64,000 nucleotides of DNA from an uncultured delta proteobacterium. Its GTDB lineage: Bacteria; Myxococcota_A; Polyangia; Fen-1088. A program made the translations under genes and the position numbers. A model generated the notes under the pieces. That model saw nothing but the letters and a program-made list of their open reading frames with translations, was not told the DNA's origin and did no database searches. This document shows, piece by piece, positions 63,387 through 64,000 of this stretch; position 1 is the first letter of the stretch; each line of letters starts with the position of its first letter. The stretch lies in the NCBI GenBank assembly GCA_963796685.1, contig CAWCMR010000008.1, positions 512,001-576,000 on the forward strand, written 5' to 3'.

Positions 63387-64000
63387 CTACTCCCACTTCT
63401 TGAAGAAGGTCTTCAGACGCTCGACGGTGTGGCGCCACTTGGGGGTGGTGGGCTGGCAGACGGTGTTCTGGTTGCCGAAGAGGCCGATTTCGTTGAAGGC
63501 CTTGTTCTCGGGGACGGTGTCGAGCCATTCGACGCGGACGAAGGCCTCGATCAGCTCGGGGTCGGTGGCTCGCTCGCGCAGACGATCCGCGGTTTTGAGC
63601 ACGTCCAGGCACGGCACGCCATCGAGCTTGAGCTCGTTCAAGGTTTGCACCGACTCGGTCACACGTCCCACGCCGACGTAGCCTTTGCCTGGAATCTTGA
63701 CCCAGACGCGGTCGCCGGGAGAAAGCGCCTTCAGCGTTTGGGTGTACCAGGCCCCGCCGCCTGCACTGACGAAACCGTGGTCACTGGCGTCCTCCCAGGT
63801 GCAGTCGCCCCCGAAAGAGACGTAGTACTCGCCATTCCACGGCTCCTTGCCTTCCGTGTGCTTGGTGGGGGTGGCCACATTGGCTTGCGTCTCGCCAGGG
63901 TCGATGAACCAGGCGCGGCTGAGCAACTGGTCGGTGCCGTGGCGAAACACGCGGAAGAAGACGACGTTGATGGCGATGCCGCGATCGTTGAGGTAGCGGA
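63387..64000 (-). CDS. C-terminal part of a NucS-like nuclease protein with EVE/PUA-like domain, 5' partial
   Basis: Frame open to the window edge (RYLNDRGIAINVVFFRVF); WEDA..HGFVSAGGG, LSPGDRVWVKIPGKGYVGVGRV, VRVEWL. Confidence 0.7.
   Translation of the reverse strand, partial: RYLNDRGIAINVVFFRVFRHGTDQLLSRAWFIDPGETQANVATPTKHTEGKEPWNGEYYVSFGGDCTWEDASDHGFVSAGGGAWYTQTLKALSPGDRVWVKIPGKGYVGVGRVTESVQTLNELKLDGVPCLDVLKTADRLRERATDPELIEAFVRVEWLDTVPENKAFNEIGLFGNQNTVCQPTTPKWRHTVERLKTFFKKWE

Noticed and set aside
61460-63390. Integron cassette array or canonical dif site
   Set aside because: No RYYYAAC...GTTRRRY attC after the genes, no integrase, and the palindrome spacing does not fit the 11-6-11 dif layout

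Overview
GC-rich bacterial chromosome segment that looks like a myxobacterium (Myxococcota, probably Polyangia-like), judged from a MYXO-CTERM-type sorting tail, three Hanks-type Ser/Thr kinases, Cys-rich and Gly/Ser-linker lipoproteins and a VIT-vWA protein. Core genes are yebC-ruvC-ruvA-ruvB, hemW-hrcA-grpE-dnaK-dnaJ plus an M50 protease, trmH-like/lgt, rlmD, archease-rlpA-rtcB, dnaE, a MutH-like nuclease with tolC, ndh, ampG, a gshB-like ligase and ccmABCD. They are interleaved with secreted glycan-active and surface proteins. Four genes carry single-base frameshifts, most likely assembly indels. Intergenic DNA holds several short-period palindromic repeat elements (9-bp and 6-bp units) and gene remnants (RAYT-like transposase, addiction-module antitoxin, vWA tail). 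The last ~2.5 kb is visibly more A/T-rich. It carries an abutting two-gene module (386-aa unknown plus a 148-aa protein with an ADP-ribosyltransferase/RES-like motif pattern) facing a NucS-like nuclease, and is the best candidate for an uncharacterised defence or toxin-antitoxin system. No rRNA, tRNA or CRISPR array was seen. All assignments come from motif recognition by eye; no searches were run.
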